Shown: positions 24,464 to 38,465, counted from the stretch's first letter. The stretch: 64,000 bases of DNA from Antedon mediterranea (GCF_964355755.1 NC_092673.1:806001-870000); one strand, 5' to 3'. Numbers and translations are program-made. Notes: generated from the sequence alone by a model not told the origin.

Positions 24464-27400
24464 AGATGTATTGTCCCCCTGAAAAAAATTTTTTTTTCAA
24501 TATTTTTGTTGAATAGGCCATTTTAATTGCACATAAAAGTTATTCACTTTGACCTCAATTTGGATTGAAAAAAATAATTTTTTACACGGAAAAATCGCAA
24601 TTTAATGCAAAAATTAACCAACCGGAAGCTATTTGTCTGGAAGACAAATGTGTTCCGGTTTAATTTAACCCTTGACCTGAGTTAGCTCATAAATATTCAT
24701 ATTGTATGGATACATCATGTGGATGATGATGCTTTCCAAATCAACAGCCAACAACGATACAGTCGAGACGCAGAGTGCTCAAATGACCGTTAAATCGCTA
24801 ATTTTCCCCTGCGCATGCGCCATTTTTATACCAGGAAGTAGAAATTGTTTACACTTAGCGACGAACCGCGATGAATTTTTGCATGGAAGAGCCTTCAGAA
24901 ATCCAGTAAAATTTCACCAATCAGGAACCTAATTCACTTGCCAAATATGGTAAAGGCTTACCAAATATAGAAAGAATCTTCCCGCCGACTTTTTTTCGTA
25001 TAAAAGGACGGACATTTAAATCGGCGTCCATTTTTCGAAATCGTAGCTGTCGAGGGCTCAAGTGAGGTAAGTTTTGATTCTGGTTTGTTTTGGTTTGAAA
25101 CAAACCAGCCGATTTTTTCTTCACAAGCCAAAATTAATAACATTCTAGTATGTGTTCAATACACATATAATACATATTCTGAGAAAGATTTGGCTCTGTT
25201 CATTCATGAGAACTATTAAAATTTAGTGCAAGTTGAGCAGTCACTTTTTTCGGGCCGCCGCCATCTTTGTATGTATTCCTTAGCTATATCGTAGATAGCG
25301 CCTGTGCTTTAGCAGATCAATCTTTACCAATCACGGGGCTTTGGTTTGACATATTAGGTTTTGATCGACTATTTATTGATTATCACGCAATTATAATGTT
25401 ATTTGAAGTTATATTTTGGGGAAATTTGTAATTATAAACTGAATAAAATACATTGAGATTTCGGTCTGTATATAGAAATAGGGCCGGCCTACTGTAACTA
25501 GTAGTAGGGCGGATCAACTGTCCACTAGGGCTAGCTAGGCCGATCTGTTTAGAAGTTTCCTATATAGTTATTTCGTACGGATTGAACTATTAGTAATTAC
25601 CCTATGCTATTGGAACTAAATTTGTAATTTTTTTTATTATATGCACCTAGGCCTAGTCCCAGCTGTAGAGCATACTATCTAGGCCTAGCAGCTAGTCAGA
25701 GAAGAGCCAGTCAGCCGGCTCCTGCCCAGGCTATTATGCTGATGCTAGGCCAGCTGGAGTGTTCAACACTCGGCCAGAAATCGATGGTACCAAGCTCACC
25801 AGATGTACTAAAATAAACCTATAAAGGAAGTATACAATGATACTGTAATATTTTCTTTTTATTTTATTTTGCAGGTGTTTGGATGCCAGCGTTTGATCAC
25901 CTCAATTAGTCAGCATACCGTATCAAGCCAGAATGTCTGCTTACTGTTGTGAACCAACTTTCATGTGCATTTACTACGCCAATTTATATCAAGTTTAATA
26001 TGTGTGCTATGTAAATAAGTTATAGAACTATATGATATATTTGATTTTATTTAATAATATTATAATAATTAGATTTGTTTGTCTTAGAATAGTATAAAAA
26101 TAGTATTTTTACATGCAGTATAATTTTGAAAGTATTTATGCCAATACTTTGCCATAATAAAATAAAAACATCTCGTTACATTCTGCATTGTCTAGGATTA
26201 ATTTCAATAATAATAATATAGGTGCTATTTAAAAACAAAAATTTAAGAAATTTCAGCAGGTGGCTGGTTTCTGTTTTGTTTTTATATTCAATTTCCATTT
26301 TATTGGAAATTACTTAATCCAAACTAATTTAAATAAGTTTATAAACCAGTATTTGTTCCAGTTATATTGCCGTATAGCTTTCATCATGGTAGTGTAAATA
26401 TTGTATAGTGCATAATAATTACAGTATATATATTTATTTATTTTATCAGCATTTAACTTCTATCTAGTCTTTTTAAATGTTATCGTATTTATGTTTAAAT
26501 TCGTGCTGCATAATTGTATTAGGTTACATGTTTCCCAGTTCTCCAAAATATACCAAAGAGATTCATTCAGTTAAAATTACACTTTTAATGTTTTATAACT
26601 CTACCAGAATCATTTTTGTATATTTTAGGATAGTTTGTTAATGATAATTTTTATCATACAACAGTTATGAGTTGAAATAAAATAAAGTACAGTATAAATT
26701 TAAAAAATTCTTCTTTGTGTTTTATTTTTATTATGTAGTTTTTTGAAGAATTTGTGGTGTGATGATTGCAGTGATGCATTGTAAATTAATATTTATTAAT
26801 TAATAACAATAATAAATGGAATTTAAAATTAAATCACATAAATACTGTAATGCAGTCGGACCTTGACAGTTTTTATTAAAAGCAGTCTGGTTCCCCTACG
26901 ACTAATGCCATGACGTCATTTTAAGCCGTCTGGTGCTGTAAGGCTATTGCCATTACGTCATTTCTCTCGTCGGAAAATGGCTGCTATTTCAGAATTCATT
27001 CGCTTCACTCAAACGAATCCAGCCGTTTTTTTCTTCAAGAGAGTTTAACGATTTCCTTTGGTAGAAATGTTTGGAATATATATTTACGTCATATACCTAA
27101 AATCCGTGACTGTTCATACGATTTTCAGTGAGTTATTAAATTTTTTTCGACTAAAGTTACTCATCACTACGCCAGTCGCCGCTAGCCTACGCTAAGGTCG
27201 CCACAAACTTTCACTTGGCTAGGCTAAATATGATCGAATTTTTGAATTCTATACAGGTAAAATCCCTTAAATATTATTTATAAATACAAAATACCCTGTA
27301 AATCGTTAATAAAATCTCATAATTTTACACGGAAATTCAGAACTTTTTTCTCTCGATCGCCGGTAGCAATGGCGGCGATTCAAATTTCGAGATTGTGATA

Positions 27401-29620
27401 ATTTCGAGGTCACGCAACTCTGCGTCTCGACTGGATAGCAATGCATGCGTGCGAGAGAGTCGAGTAGTGATGCGAGACGAATCTTGAAGAAAACACGAAA
27501 ACTATAGCTAGCAGAATGCTAAGTTAGAATTACAGTTGGTAACTTTGATGTTGAATCTTATTCATTTAGGTGAGTTTTTGTTTCGCTAACAGGAGAGGCC
27601 TAGCTAGGCCTAGGCCCGAATTTGCTGCTACTGTACTACTAGTCTACTACTACTACTAGCACTGACAGTCTCGAGTAGCCTAACTGCTGCCTACTTCTGT
27701 CTCTAGAAGTAGAGTGTAGTAGGCCTAGGCAGGGTGTCTAGGCAGTACACTGCTAGCTAGGGCTACAGTAGACCACCACCAGAAGGGATGTATTTTTGTT
27801 TTAATCATGATGAATTGGTTTAATTTTTAAAGATTTCAACTATCTATTCGGCAGTGAAAATTAAAAAAAAAAGAAAATCTTAATATTGTTTTGGATGTTT
27901 TACTGATGCAATATTTAAAAAATATTTTCTGTATCAAATGCAATAGGTTCAAATTAACATTCCGCAAATAAACATTTTAATTTTTATGCAGATATTTTGA
28001 CACAAATTTCTTTTTTTTTTTAGGTTGATTGAACAATAAGAGCAGGTAGTGAGAAACATAAAATGTATCGTACAGTGGCAACATTCACAATTTATTGAAA
28101 CGTTTCTTACTATTAAAATGACACTTTGTAATGGATGTGAGCGATCTTAGAAGACTATAGCTGTCGTAATTACTGCCATTAATCAACACATTGATAATTT
28201 AGACAAATTGACACAAAAAACAATACAGGAATTCAATAAGATATACTCTATATATATATTTTATTAACTCCTTTTGAACTGTAATATTTACAGTAAAATT
28301 GTGAAGTGTAAGTAAATTTGAAGAATTTATCCTGTGTACTGAACTGTTGTAATAGGTTTTTTTTTATTTATTGAATGTTATGTTTACAAAATAATGTACT
28401 GTACATATAATACAAAAAAAATTATACAATATTTTACAAGCTGGACAAGAACATATTGGCCGAATGCAGCAGGAGAGTCAGAAATATTTTTCCTGCAATG
28501 CAATCATATTCCAATACCGAGTCTATCATTGTTGTCTTTGGGTGACCTCTGTTCCAGTCTTCATCAGCTCAACGTCTTTAAAAAAAGTAAAAGCAAAGTA
28601 TGAAAATCTGGAAAAAATAGATCATGCATATTTGGTGCAAAATTGGGCTAGTGAAATTGCTTACTTTGACATAGTCAAATAAGTATACTACCTTTCTATG
28701 GTAATTAAAACACATTACTTATAATGTTATAACTTATATAAAGAGAAAATAAATATTTGACTTACTACAGTACAGAGAACATTTGTTGTTTGTGTTGTAA
28801 AATGGCTAAGCTGGCTTTTCCCCTCTGTCTACTTGTACAGTGCTGCTGGAAGGTTCTCAATTTCAGGCTTGTATTGCAACCATTTTCCCTGAAAAATGTT
28901 TGTTTTATTTTTATCATAAAAATTTGTTAAATTAAACAAGCTTCAACTGTAAATATATATGGTACAGCAAGCTGGCTGTATTTTCGGAATGTAGCTAAGA
29001 TTGATGGCATATAGCCTAGGCCAGTCTATGAAGAGTACAATGTATAGGGCCTAGCTGGGCATCTTCTGCAGGTACCCGATTGTCACAGTCTGCTTGCTAC
29101 TAGCCTAGTAATATGCAGCAGCATGTATTAATCTAGGCCTAGCCCTGAACTGAAAAAATCCCAGGCTAAGTTAATTAATTTACCTTCCTGATATTATTGC
29201 GTTATATATATTATTATATTTAAAATAACCGTCTAGGCCTACTTACCGACAAATTAACAGCTCAGCTTTACATATTTATACGATCAGGCCAGGGAAACCC
29301 GCATAACAGTCGAATCGCGTCGATCTCTGGTGGTGTTGTACATACAACGTGCATCGTCCATTGTTAGATCAGATCTCTGCTGTGTGGATGCTCATTAACA
29401 TATCATGCATATGTATGAGTTAGCTCTACCGGCCTAATTTCTGAGCCGATGAGTTCGAAAAAATGGTAAACTTATTTTGATTTTTTTATAAGCGAAATCA
29501 ATATTTTTTTCGGATTTTTTTTCGGTGGAAGTGAATAACTTTATGTTAACTACAAAACGGTCTATTCAAAATTTGATTTTTTTCATCTTTATTTTTCATT
29601 TTTTGGGGGACAATACATCT
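24464..29620. mobile_element. 5.16-kb Kolobok-like DNA transposon derivative with no intact transposase
   Basis: ttaa|agatgtattgtccccc ... gggggacaatacatct|ttaa: 16-bp TIR, AG..CT termini and a TTAA TSD, the known Kolobok signature. It lies in the intron between the DED and TRADD-N-like exons. Confidence 0.75.
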
Positions 29621-30046
29621 TTAACCTCATAAAATTATTTGCCTTATCATATACTTTTGTATACTACTATTATGCTTCCGCATATTGACTGTTGTTCACT
29701 TTGGGATTCAAAAGGTATTAGGACATATGCATCCAACCTTTGCAGAATCATATGCTTTGCGAATAAAATTTAACTGGATACCCTTTCATCTATTTTCCTT
29801 TCCACTTTCAATTTTATAAATGTTTCTAGCAAAATTATTTTCAACTTGGCTGTCTTGCTTTCAAAGCAGCAACTGGTTCTGCATCGGATAACCACATTAC
29901 TTGTGGTATGCATACTCGATCTGTAACTGTTTGTCTCAAAACTGCAGTTCTTCAAAATATCTTTTATATACAGAGTCACTACTTCCTTTCTGAATTCTTT
30001 TCATATGCAATATATCTTATTTTAATGTTATTTTTAATATATATAT

Positions 30047-31003
30047 GAGGCCTGGCATCACAAAAGCGGCGCAGAGTCGCAACCCGAACTTTTGAGATAT
30101 TTAGCCTTGAAGTTCAGAATGTGAAAATCGGCCTAACCTATCCATTTTAAAATTTCAATAAAAAACGATACTATAAACACTTATCTTTAACATATCGAAC
30201 TCTTGTTCATAAAAAAATATCACAAGTATGTGTATTTTGCAATTATTTAAGTCGTTTCCATTGAAAATCATTAGGAAATTGTATTTTTGTTCACTCAAAA
30301 ATCAACTTTCTTTACGGCGCTTTTGTAAACAAACCGCTTACCCGAATGACGTCATGTTTGGTACCTATTTGTTCGAAAATATATCAGCTACCATAATTTA
30401 CCACAACCTAAGGGATTTTTTTTAATCTAGGCAATGGAAATTTGTTTTATTAAGGTGTTAGGTTGCTGAAATTTCTAACAAGAATTTGTGAATCCTTGAC
30501 TGTGATTGGCTATAGAGATTAATTACGCTCTCTGATTGGCTGACGCTTTTGTTTACGATGAAACAGGATGTCTTCCATCGTAGTTTCTCGAATGAACGTT
30601 TCAACATTTAATGAATATTTAGGAAGTTAATCGTTATTTTTATCCATATATTTTTTTTAAATAACAAAAAATATAATATTATGTACCACACAATGATATA
30701 TTTTCGACTAGTTTGCAGTTATTGAAAGGAAAATAGCGAGTTTTGACAGAGAGTCTGGTTGCGTTGATCGACGGGCTAGGCCAAGCTAATCGGTGTCGCT
30801 ACTTCATTGTTGATTTTCTCAAAATGAAGATTTCCTGAGTTAGAAAGTATCTCGTATGTTTTCATTAATAACTCTTCATATAATAAACCAATTTTAATAA
30901 ACAACACCTCATTTTAAAGCTTATTAAATGTAGATTACGAATATATAAAAATCTAAAAAATGATTATTTCCGACACTACGCCTATTTTGTGATGCCATGC
31001 CTC
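30047..31003. mobile_element. Non-autonomous DNA transposon, Sola2-like
   Basis: TIR gaggcctggcatcacaaaa / ttttgtgatgccatgcctc, GAG..CTC termini, 4-bp ATAT on both sides. Confidence 0.7.
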
Positions 31004-31239
31004 ATATATATTTTTAATGGTTTGTTTGAGCCAATTTGTATTATTGTTATTTATCCAAAGTCAACATATTAAAACATAGCAGCAAAAATGCTGAATTGAG
31101 TTCTAATTTACATGAGGCAAAAAACCAAATTCAAATTTTACTTTTGTTCAAGTTTGGCATCATATTGTTAAACCCTAAATTAATTTAGGATATTACTTAA
31201 CTAATGCGTTTTAAAAAGATATCTTTTGCTTTATTGAAG

Positions 31240-31629
31240 GGACTCGCATACCAATAAACCTAAAGAGACGACATCCTGACTCGATGCAAATAACTTCTCA
31301 ACATTCAAGTGAACATTTGCAAATTATTCGCAATGGAAAACAGGTAGTATCACTAGTTCATGATAAACACAACGACATTGAAATTTTGCTTAAAAAGAAT
31401 GGTTGTACATCTGTTAATTTGATTGAAGGTTCTATAATATTTGATGTGGGTTTATACGATCCTAATGCACTAGAGAAACTATATGAACAACATCTTAATG
31501 GAAAGCTTCTTCAAGATCTAGCAGAAATATTATTTGTTGAGAAATACAGGAAGGCGTTTGAAAAAGCATGGGAACTACACATTAATACAGAAAAGTTCAT
31601 CACTGCACTCAAGGTGCTAACAGGAAAAT
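31240..31629 (+). CDS. Cluster gene B exon: TRADD-N-like domain
   Basis: Acceptor ttttgctttattgaag at 31239 is phase 1 and in frame with the DED exon (T+GG=W, TRIPINLKRRHPDSMQ). GSIIFDVGLYDPNALEKLYEQHLNGKLLQDLAEIL matches the invertebrate TRADD-like N pattern (GS.hhh......AL..L...Y.SG.L...L). The donor position is uncertain. Confidence 0.6.
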
Positions 31630-31871
31630 GTAAACAATATATGTTTTTTACTTGTTTAATTGTTCAAAATAATTAAGTATAAAGTATGACTCTCCCAATA
31701 CCAAACTTTCTGAAAAAATTAAAACTTTGTTGTTTCTTCTTTCCTGCATAAGACGTTTTACTTCATTCTCTTTTTGGCTTTTCTCTATTTTCCTATGACT
31801 AGCTTGCGTCTGCAAGGCATCTATAGTGTTAGTAAAAATCTTGTTCTCATCTAACATTTTCTGACTTTTAG

Positions 31872-32464
31872 CTTGTAGATCCCGAATGTACCTTGTACAA
31901 GATGCAATAGTCACAGGTGAAACAGGAACCACTGAATATGAGCCAGTAGAAGAAACTGTACTTAGTGATACTGACAATGATACTAAAGATGAAGAGAGTT
32001 CTGAAGAAAACCAAGTTTTGAAATTGCAAATTTACGACTTGCAAAAAGAAAACGAATATTTGTCTGGAGAAGTTAAAGTTTTACAATTGCAAATTTCTGA
32101 TTTGCAGAAAGCCCTTCAAGAAGAAATCTCAACAGAGTTGACTAAAAAGAAAAATAAATATAAAAATATCATACAAGAAAATGAAAGTGAAATTAGAGAT
32201 AAGAAACGTGAAATTGATTCATTAAAAACTGAATTAAACAAACAAGCAATTTGGAGTCAATTTAAAGATAATGAAGTTAAAACTCTAAGAGAAGAGATGG
32301 AAGAGCAACAGCAACAATTAAATGAAAAAATATCCAGGTTGACAAAAGAAAATGAAGATTTAAGTTTACTATGTTTTGGTATTTGCATTATAGGCATTTT
32401 GTTAGTTATATATTATATTATTTGTTTTATATTTGACTGTTTTGGTATTCTTTTCTCATACTGA
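31872..32464 (+). CDS. Coiled-coil + Cys-rich tail-anchor exon (possible last exon of gene B; 5' end rearranged)
   Basis: ENESEIRDKKREIDSLKTEL motif; tail LSLLCFGICIIGILLVIYYIICFIFDCFGILFSY; nearly identical to the 34791 copy from tgtacaagatgcaatagtcac onward; possible phase-1 acceptor tttag at 31871. Confidence 0.6.
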
Positions 32465-33273
32465 CTACACAGATCTTTACAAATTTATAAAACATTGTAT
32501 TCAATTTGTTCATTGTAGAATGATCATTTTAAGTTTACATATTGTGGAAATATCATTTATTGTGCTTAAACAAAATGTTTTTCCCTTCTCTATAATTAGT
32601 TACTATAATTATTACATCTGTTAAATCCCACAATCAATCAATATTAAACAATGTAGTATAAATACACTCATTTACAAAAGCAAAACGCAGTTACAAAGAA
32701 GACTAAGAGAGAAAGAAATAAATATTTGGCATTTATATCATTTTACTATATATAGTGTAAACAGGTTTAGGCTACAATTAGTAAGTATACAGTTAGACCT
32801 ACTATTATAAAATAATAATAATATTAGCATCTTTTATTTTACCATCAAACTTTAATTTAACAATCCAAGTTCAGGTGTGAATTGGAATTTCCAAAGGACA
32901 TCCGTGAAATAGCCTATGAAGGATACAATGTTTTGATGTACATTTCTTGATTTTTTGAAATTATTTAAAACCAAATAAAATAATTTATGTGTAATTGTAA
33001 ACATATTAAATTTATTAAGATCTTGTGACAAAATCCATTTATTTTTTAGGTTTTATCTGTTAAATTGTATTTTTTATGCATTTTGATTTAAAACATAACA
33101 CAATAAAAATCATACAAATAATCTAGGTACACAATTTTAAATGGCTATTTACATTTTTTTTTTTCCAAACAGTGGATACATTTTTTCTTTTATAGATGAA
33201 AAATTTAATTTGAAGAAAAAGTTCATTTTAAAACAAGAAATTTAGAAGAAGAAAACCAAATCAGATAACAACA

Positions 33274-33906
33274 ATGTCAAGTGAAAATTGTTGTACAAGA
33301 TGTAAAGAAAATCAAGAGAAAATTGAAAAGATGTTGGTAGAAAAAGAAAATTTTAAATTGGAAATCGATAATTTGATAAAAAGAAATAATAAGGAAACCA
33401 CAAAAATTGAAGAAGTTTCAAAAGAGTTAACCAAAACAAAAAATAAATTTAACAATATTCTTTCAGAAAAGGAAAGTGAAATTAGAGATAAGAATCGTGA
33501 AATTTTTGATCTAAAATCTGAATCTAGAAAAGATGAAAATTGGATAAAATACTATGAAATGGAAGTTGCAAGACTAAAAAAGGATGTGAAAGCTAAAGAT
33601 AAGGAATGCAGTGATCAACACAAAGATACAAAGAGTATGGGAAATAAAAAAAATGAAGATTCAACACTAAAGGAAAATATAATTTCTGCTATTATTTTTA
33701 TTGTTATTTTTTGTTTATTATGTAAACAAAATGATATTTTGTTATTTTCAATGGATATTAAAAAGCAAAATATTTCTGGAGAAATTTGCAGCTTGCAGAA
33801 AGGTAAAATCTTTGAACTATTTCAAAGTTACTTCCAAAATGTACAGAAAAGAGAAATCAAAGAAACAATTCATCATCCCCAAGATATATACCGAAATAAT
33901 GACTAA
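33274..33906 (+). CDS. Cluster paralog: coiled coil + one transmembrane segment + C-terminal tail, 210 aa
   Basis: MSSEN start shared with 34791 and 47269; EKESEIRDKNREIFDLKSE; hydrophobic IISAIIFIVIFCLLC. Confidence 0.7.
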   Translation: MSSENCCTRCKENQEKIEKMLVEKENFKLEIDNLIKRNNKETTKIEEVSKELTKTKNKFNNILSEKESEIRDKNREIFDLKSESRKDENWIKYYEMEVARLKKDVKAKDKECSDQHKDTKSMGNKKNEDSTLKENIISAIIFIVIFCLLCKQNDILLFSMDIKKQNISGEICSLQKGKIFELFQSYFQNVQKREIKETIHHPQDIYRNND

Positions 33907-34790
33907 ACAATGCGTAAATAACACTATAGATATAAAGTCATGAACAGGCAGTTAATTTGGGTGTAGACAAATTATGTACAAGAGTCCAGAAGCAGCAATA
34001 ATACAATCAAATATCAAATACTCTAAATAATATAATAGTAAAGGTCTGTGAAAATCATACGCTGTCAATCTCACACGTGCATCAGACATGCAAAAAATGT
34101 CGGAAAAGTAGACCTATCATTTTGCCGATTGCTGCGCGCCACATGGGAGTGTCACTTCGCTGATTACTAGCTGCATTGTGGGAGTACATTGCATAAGTGT
34201 TTGATCCAAAAATTACTGGAGTAATAATATGTACAGTGCTTAGAGGGTTCACAACATTAGGCGATTTATAAATCTAGGATATTATTATTAATTGCAGCTA
34301 ATTAGAGGTGCCATTTATCATGAATTTTATGTGCGAGAGTACCATTTCTGATCAACTAGGGGTGTAATTTAACTACAGGCCCTTTGTTGGTTTATTCCAC
34401 AATTTTTATTTTAATAAAATATTTTATTTTTCTGACTAAACCACTGATCTCTAGGTGTACATGTTCTTAGATTAGAAGTAAAATAGTATCAGGACAGTAT
34501 CCCAGAAAAGAGATAATTTATTTTAAATGGGGATTGTGGGTTTAAAATTACTATTAAAGAAAATAATATAATAGTTTGTTCTTGAACATATGTACAGTAT
34601 ACTGATGTACTATATACATACATTGTCTTTAAATGTACAATGGAAAAAGGTCTCCTTAGTATTAAGATAAATACGGAATTTTTTGCGCTGCCTTTACCGG
34701 TTACCACAAATTTGTCCTGTTTCTGCTCCCAAGAAGGAAGGATAAAATTGTCATCTTTTAAAAACGAGAGACCAAAAACCGATAATAACA

Positions 34791-35351
34791 ATGTCAAGCG
34801 AAAATCTGGTTGTACAAGATGCAATAGTCACAGGTGAAAAAGGAACCACAGTAGAGCCAGTAGAAGAAACCATACTTAGTGATACTGACAATGATACTGA
34901 AGATGAAGAGAGTTCTGAAGAAAACCAAGTTTTGAAATTGCTAATATACGACTTGCAAAAAGAAAACCAATATTTGTCTGGAGATTTCTAACTTGCAGCA
35001 AATCTAGAAGAAATCAAGGAAAGGGAAAACTTATCAACAGAGTTGACTAAAAATAAAAATAAATATAACAATATCATACATGAAAATGAATATGAAATTA
35101 GAGATAAGAAACGTGAAATTGATTCATTAAAAACTGAATTAATCTCAGAAGGAATGAGGACTCGGCAAAAAGAAGATGAAGTTACAAAACTAAGAGAGGA
35201 GCTGGAAGACCTGCGGAAACAAGTACAGGCAAACAGAAAAGAAAATAAAGTATCATGTTCATGTGTATGCTTTTGTTTACTGGGACTTATTATTGTTATT
35301 ATAATGTTTGTGTATAATTTCTGGAATTTTGCAAAATGGTTAGTGTTATAA
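34791..35351 (+). pseudogene. Cluster paralog (coiled coil + tail anchor) with one in-frame TAA at 34989-34991
   Basis: ORFs 34791 and 35043 are in the same frame (offset 252), separated by a single TAA; ENEYEIRDKKREIDSLKTEL; tail CSCVCFCLLGLIIVIIMFVYNFWNFAKWLVL. Confidence 0.7.
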
Positions 35352-38300
35352 ATAAAGGTAAATATATTGGCAACCCATTGATTCATAGATGACATGAATT
35401 AACTGCAGATCTGGCATCATTGCACCTTATAAAGTGTTGTAAGCCTTGTAAGTCTATGTGTTCCAAAATATACAGCTAAAACAGTGGAGCTGTGCTGTAG
35501 AGCTTGATGTTTAACATGCCTGCCTTCTAATCACTAAGGGTTCAACCTAGTGTCAAATGAGACTTTAGTTTTAAGCATGATACATTATAAACTACATTAG
35601 TTGCTCACTGTTGGATGTGAATTAAATTAAAAAAATAAACAAACAAATTAGACACAATTAGCCTGGGAAATAGACATTTAAACAAGTGGGTTAAAACAGA
35701 GTCAAATTGTTTCTGTGTGTATGAGCATTAAAGAAACGCAATGTACCTTCAGTTTTGCTTTGTTTAATGAGACTGGGTTTTGAAGAAAGCTATAATTCTT
35801 TACTTTATAATTGAGGGATACAGCACAACATGTTGTAGTATTTTAAAACCACAGCATCGAAAACCAGCAAACTACTACTTGATTTGAAAAACAAAATTTG
35901 AGTTAATCTCCTTGAACAAATACTATGTGTGTGTTGCCATAACAATAAACAATAGTTATGAATGCCCTATTACCTATGTTCACAATGATAAACATAAACT
36001 ATGAGCCATACTTATGGATACAGTTCTGATAGTGCATCAACAGGCAATTGGCAGCAATCATTTTGTTTGCATTTATCTATTGTCTGCAATTGGCAAAAAT
36101 GATCAGTTTAAAAATGTGGGTGGGTTAAGTTAATGGACAAAAAAGACATTTTTTACATTTATTTCTCACTTGTTTAATATTTGATACTACTTCTTCCATA
36201 CAAAAATCAACTTTAAAACTTCCAAGATCAATGGATTTAAGTTGAATTGAAGACACTAGTATACAAACTAGTAACTGTTGGGTAAAATACTCCAAATAAT
36301 GAAACACATGGCATACATGACATAATATTTAAAAGTATACATATATACAATGAAATATTAGTACATGCCATCGTGTTGAGAATTCAATAATTTGCCACAT
36401 TGCTATAGTATAATAAAAGAAAAAAAACATTGCTATAGTTGAAAGACTTGTGTTAAACGTTTATATTTTAGTGTGAAGAATGGCAACAAATTACATTGAC
36501 CAATTAACAAAAATTTGTTTGGCTGTTTGGGCCAACCTGTGTTAACATAATAAATAACAACAAATATGGCTGCCACAGTAAAGAGATAACATAAATTTAA
36601 AGGAATTCGATCAAAGTCGGCCCTAAAATGCCTCGGCCAAAGTCAAGTTGGTCCCACGTCAACTTGGCCTCACGTCAACTCACTAATCAGTAAACTCGGC
36701 CTCTAATAAAGTATGGAACACAAAAAGTACAAACAAAGCAAATTGATAAAATACTATAAAATATTTTTATAGACTTTCAATGATTAATATTTAGAAAATT
36801 CAAATTGCGCATAACACTAAAGTTACTAATATTTATTAAAAATAGAATATACAGTACACTGTATCACAAATTCAACTAATCAACATATAATTTCTTTAAC
36901 AAAAAGAGCTAACATGTAAATTCTTACTTTCAAATAGTTGTTTAAACTTTAAAACATTTGGGTGTTTATAATACTAATAGTATTTTTAACATATTTTATT
37001 TGAAAGCAGGAAAATATGGTATAAATAAAAATAAAGAGTTATTGTATTTATAAGCCTTTTATCGTATATGTACATATGATAATATTTTTGACTTTGTATT
37101 GTTATTTTACTGTTTTAGTTTAGTTTTAATTTTTATGCATGTTGTTAACCTTTTATTTTCTATAAACAGGACCATATTTAAAACAGGTGCTACATCTATA
37201 CCTGATATGGTTTTATCCTGTATAAATTTGTTTTAATCTATTTATATTTTTATCTTTATTGTTCCAAAGGAGTCTTTTGTTAATAGTAAAATAAATTAGT
37301 TGCAAAGTCTGAAGTTCTTATTAATTACCAACTAATTTACTGAACACTGATATGATAAATTGATTATGTAATGTTCCCTTTTTGCATACAAAGAAAAATA
37401 ATGGTGCAAGTACTGAAATTTTAGTTTTCTGGCATTAGTTCTACTCCCTGTACGCTTATCTGTAAACCTCAGATTTTAGATTTATTAACGTGTTTCTTCA
37501 ACCTGTACTAGAAGCATTGCTACAACAATTTTCACATGGTAAAGTACATGAATGGTGATGTGTTAACAATTCATAATCATAACAATACAATCCAAAGCAA
37601 ACCCTTATTTGATAATAACCAAATTCCACCATATTGTCCTGGGTCAGTGTGTATTGTTATTTAAAATACCCTACTACTTAATACATACATTAACTTTGCA
37701 GGGAAACAAAATATACATTCATGAAGAGTTTAGAAGAATTTAGAGTAATTTTCGTAGACTTTTCAAAATAGAAAATAATACATTTTCCAATAAAATTTAT
37801 GATGTTGATTTTTTCTAATAAATTAAAATTGTTTTGCATAATTTTATATATGTTTGGCTGTTCAATGAACTTAAAAATTAACAAGAAACTGGTTTTTCCA
37901 AAATTTTAAGTCAGAAGTGAGTACACGTCATCCTTGTCGAAACATTTACCAGAACAGAAAAACGAAGACAATTTTGTGAAGCTTCATATATCTTTGCTGA
38001 AACCATTATTTAAAAAGGTATGTTGAACAAAAAAGAAACGTTTAGGTACAATACGACTACAAGGCAATTAGGCATAATTATTGTAAAGCTTTTTTGTCTG
38101 AAAAACCTAAAAATCTGCCGTACTAGTGATACAACTTTGACAAGCCAATACAGGGCGTAACATGTTGGCAAACATTACAAACTAATGATAATGATATTAA
38201 ATTGTGTATGAAAGAAATACTGTATAAACCAAATTTATTTTGCAATATAAACTTTAATTAATATAATTTCATACATGCTGAGAGACAGCACACTGACACA

Positions 38301-38465
38301 AGATTTTAACATTAAGGGAGCTTAATAGGCATGTTTTCTATGCTCTCTGAGAATCACAAGTCACAAAGTGTTGAAATGAGAGGTCAAAATAAACGATAAA
38401 ATGATTATTCTAATTCAAAGTATGTTTTCAGACAAAGAATCAATTCAATGAGACATCATAATAAA

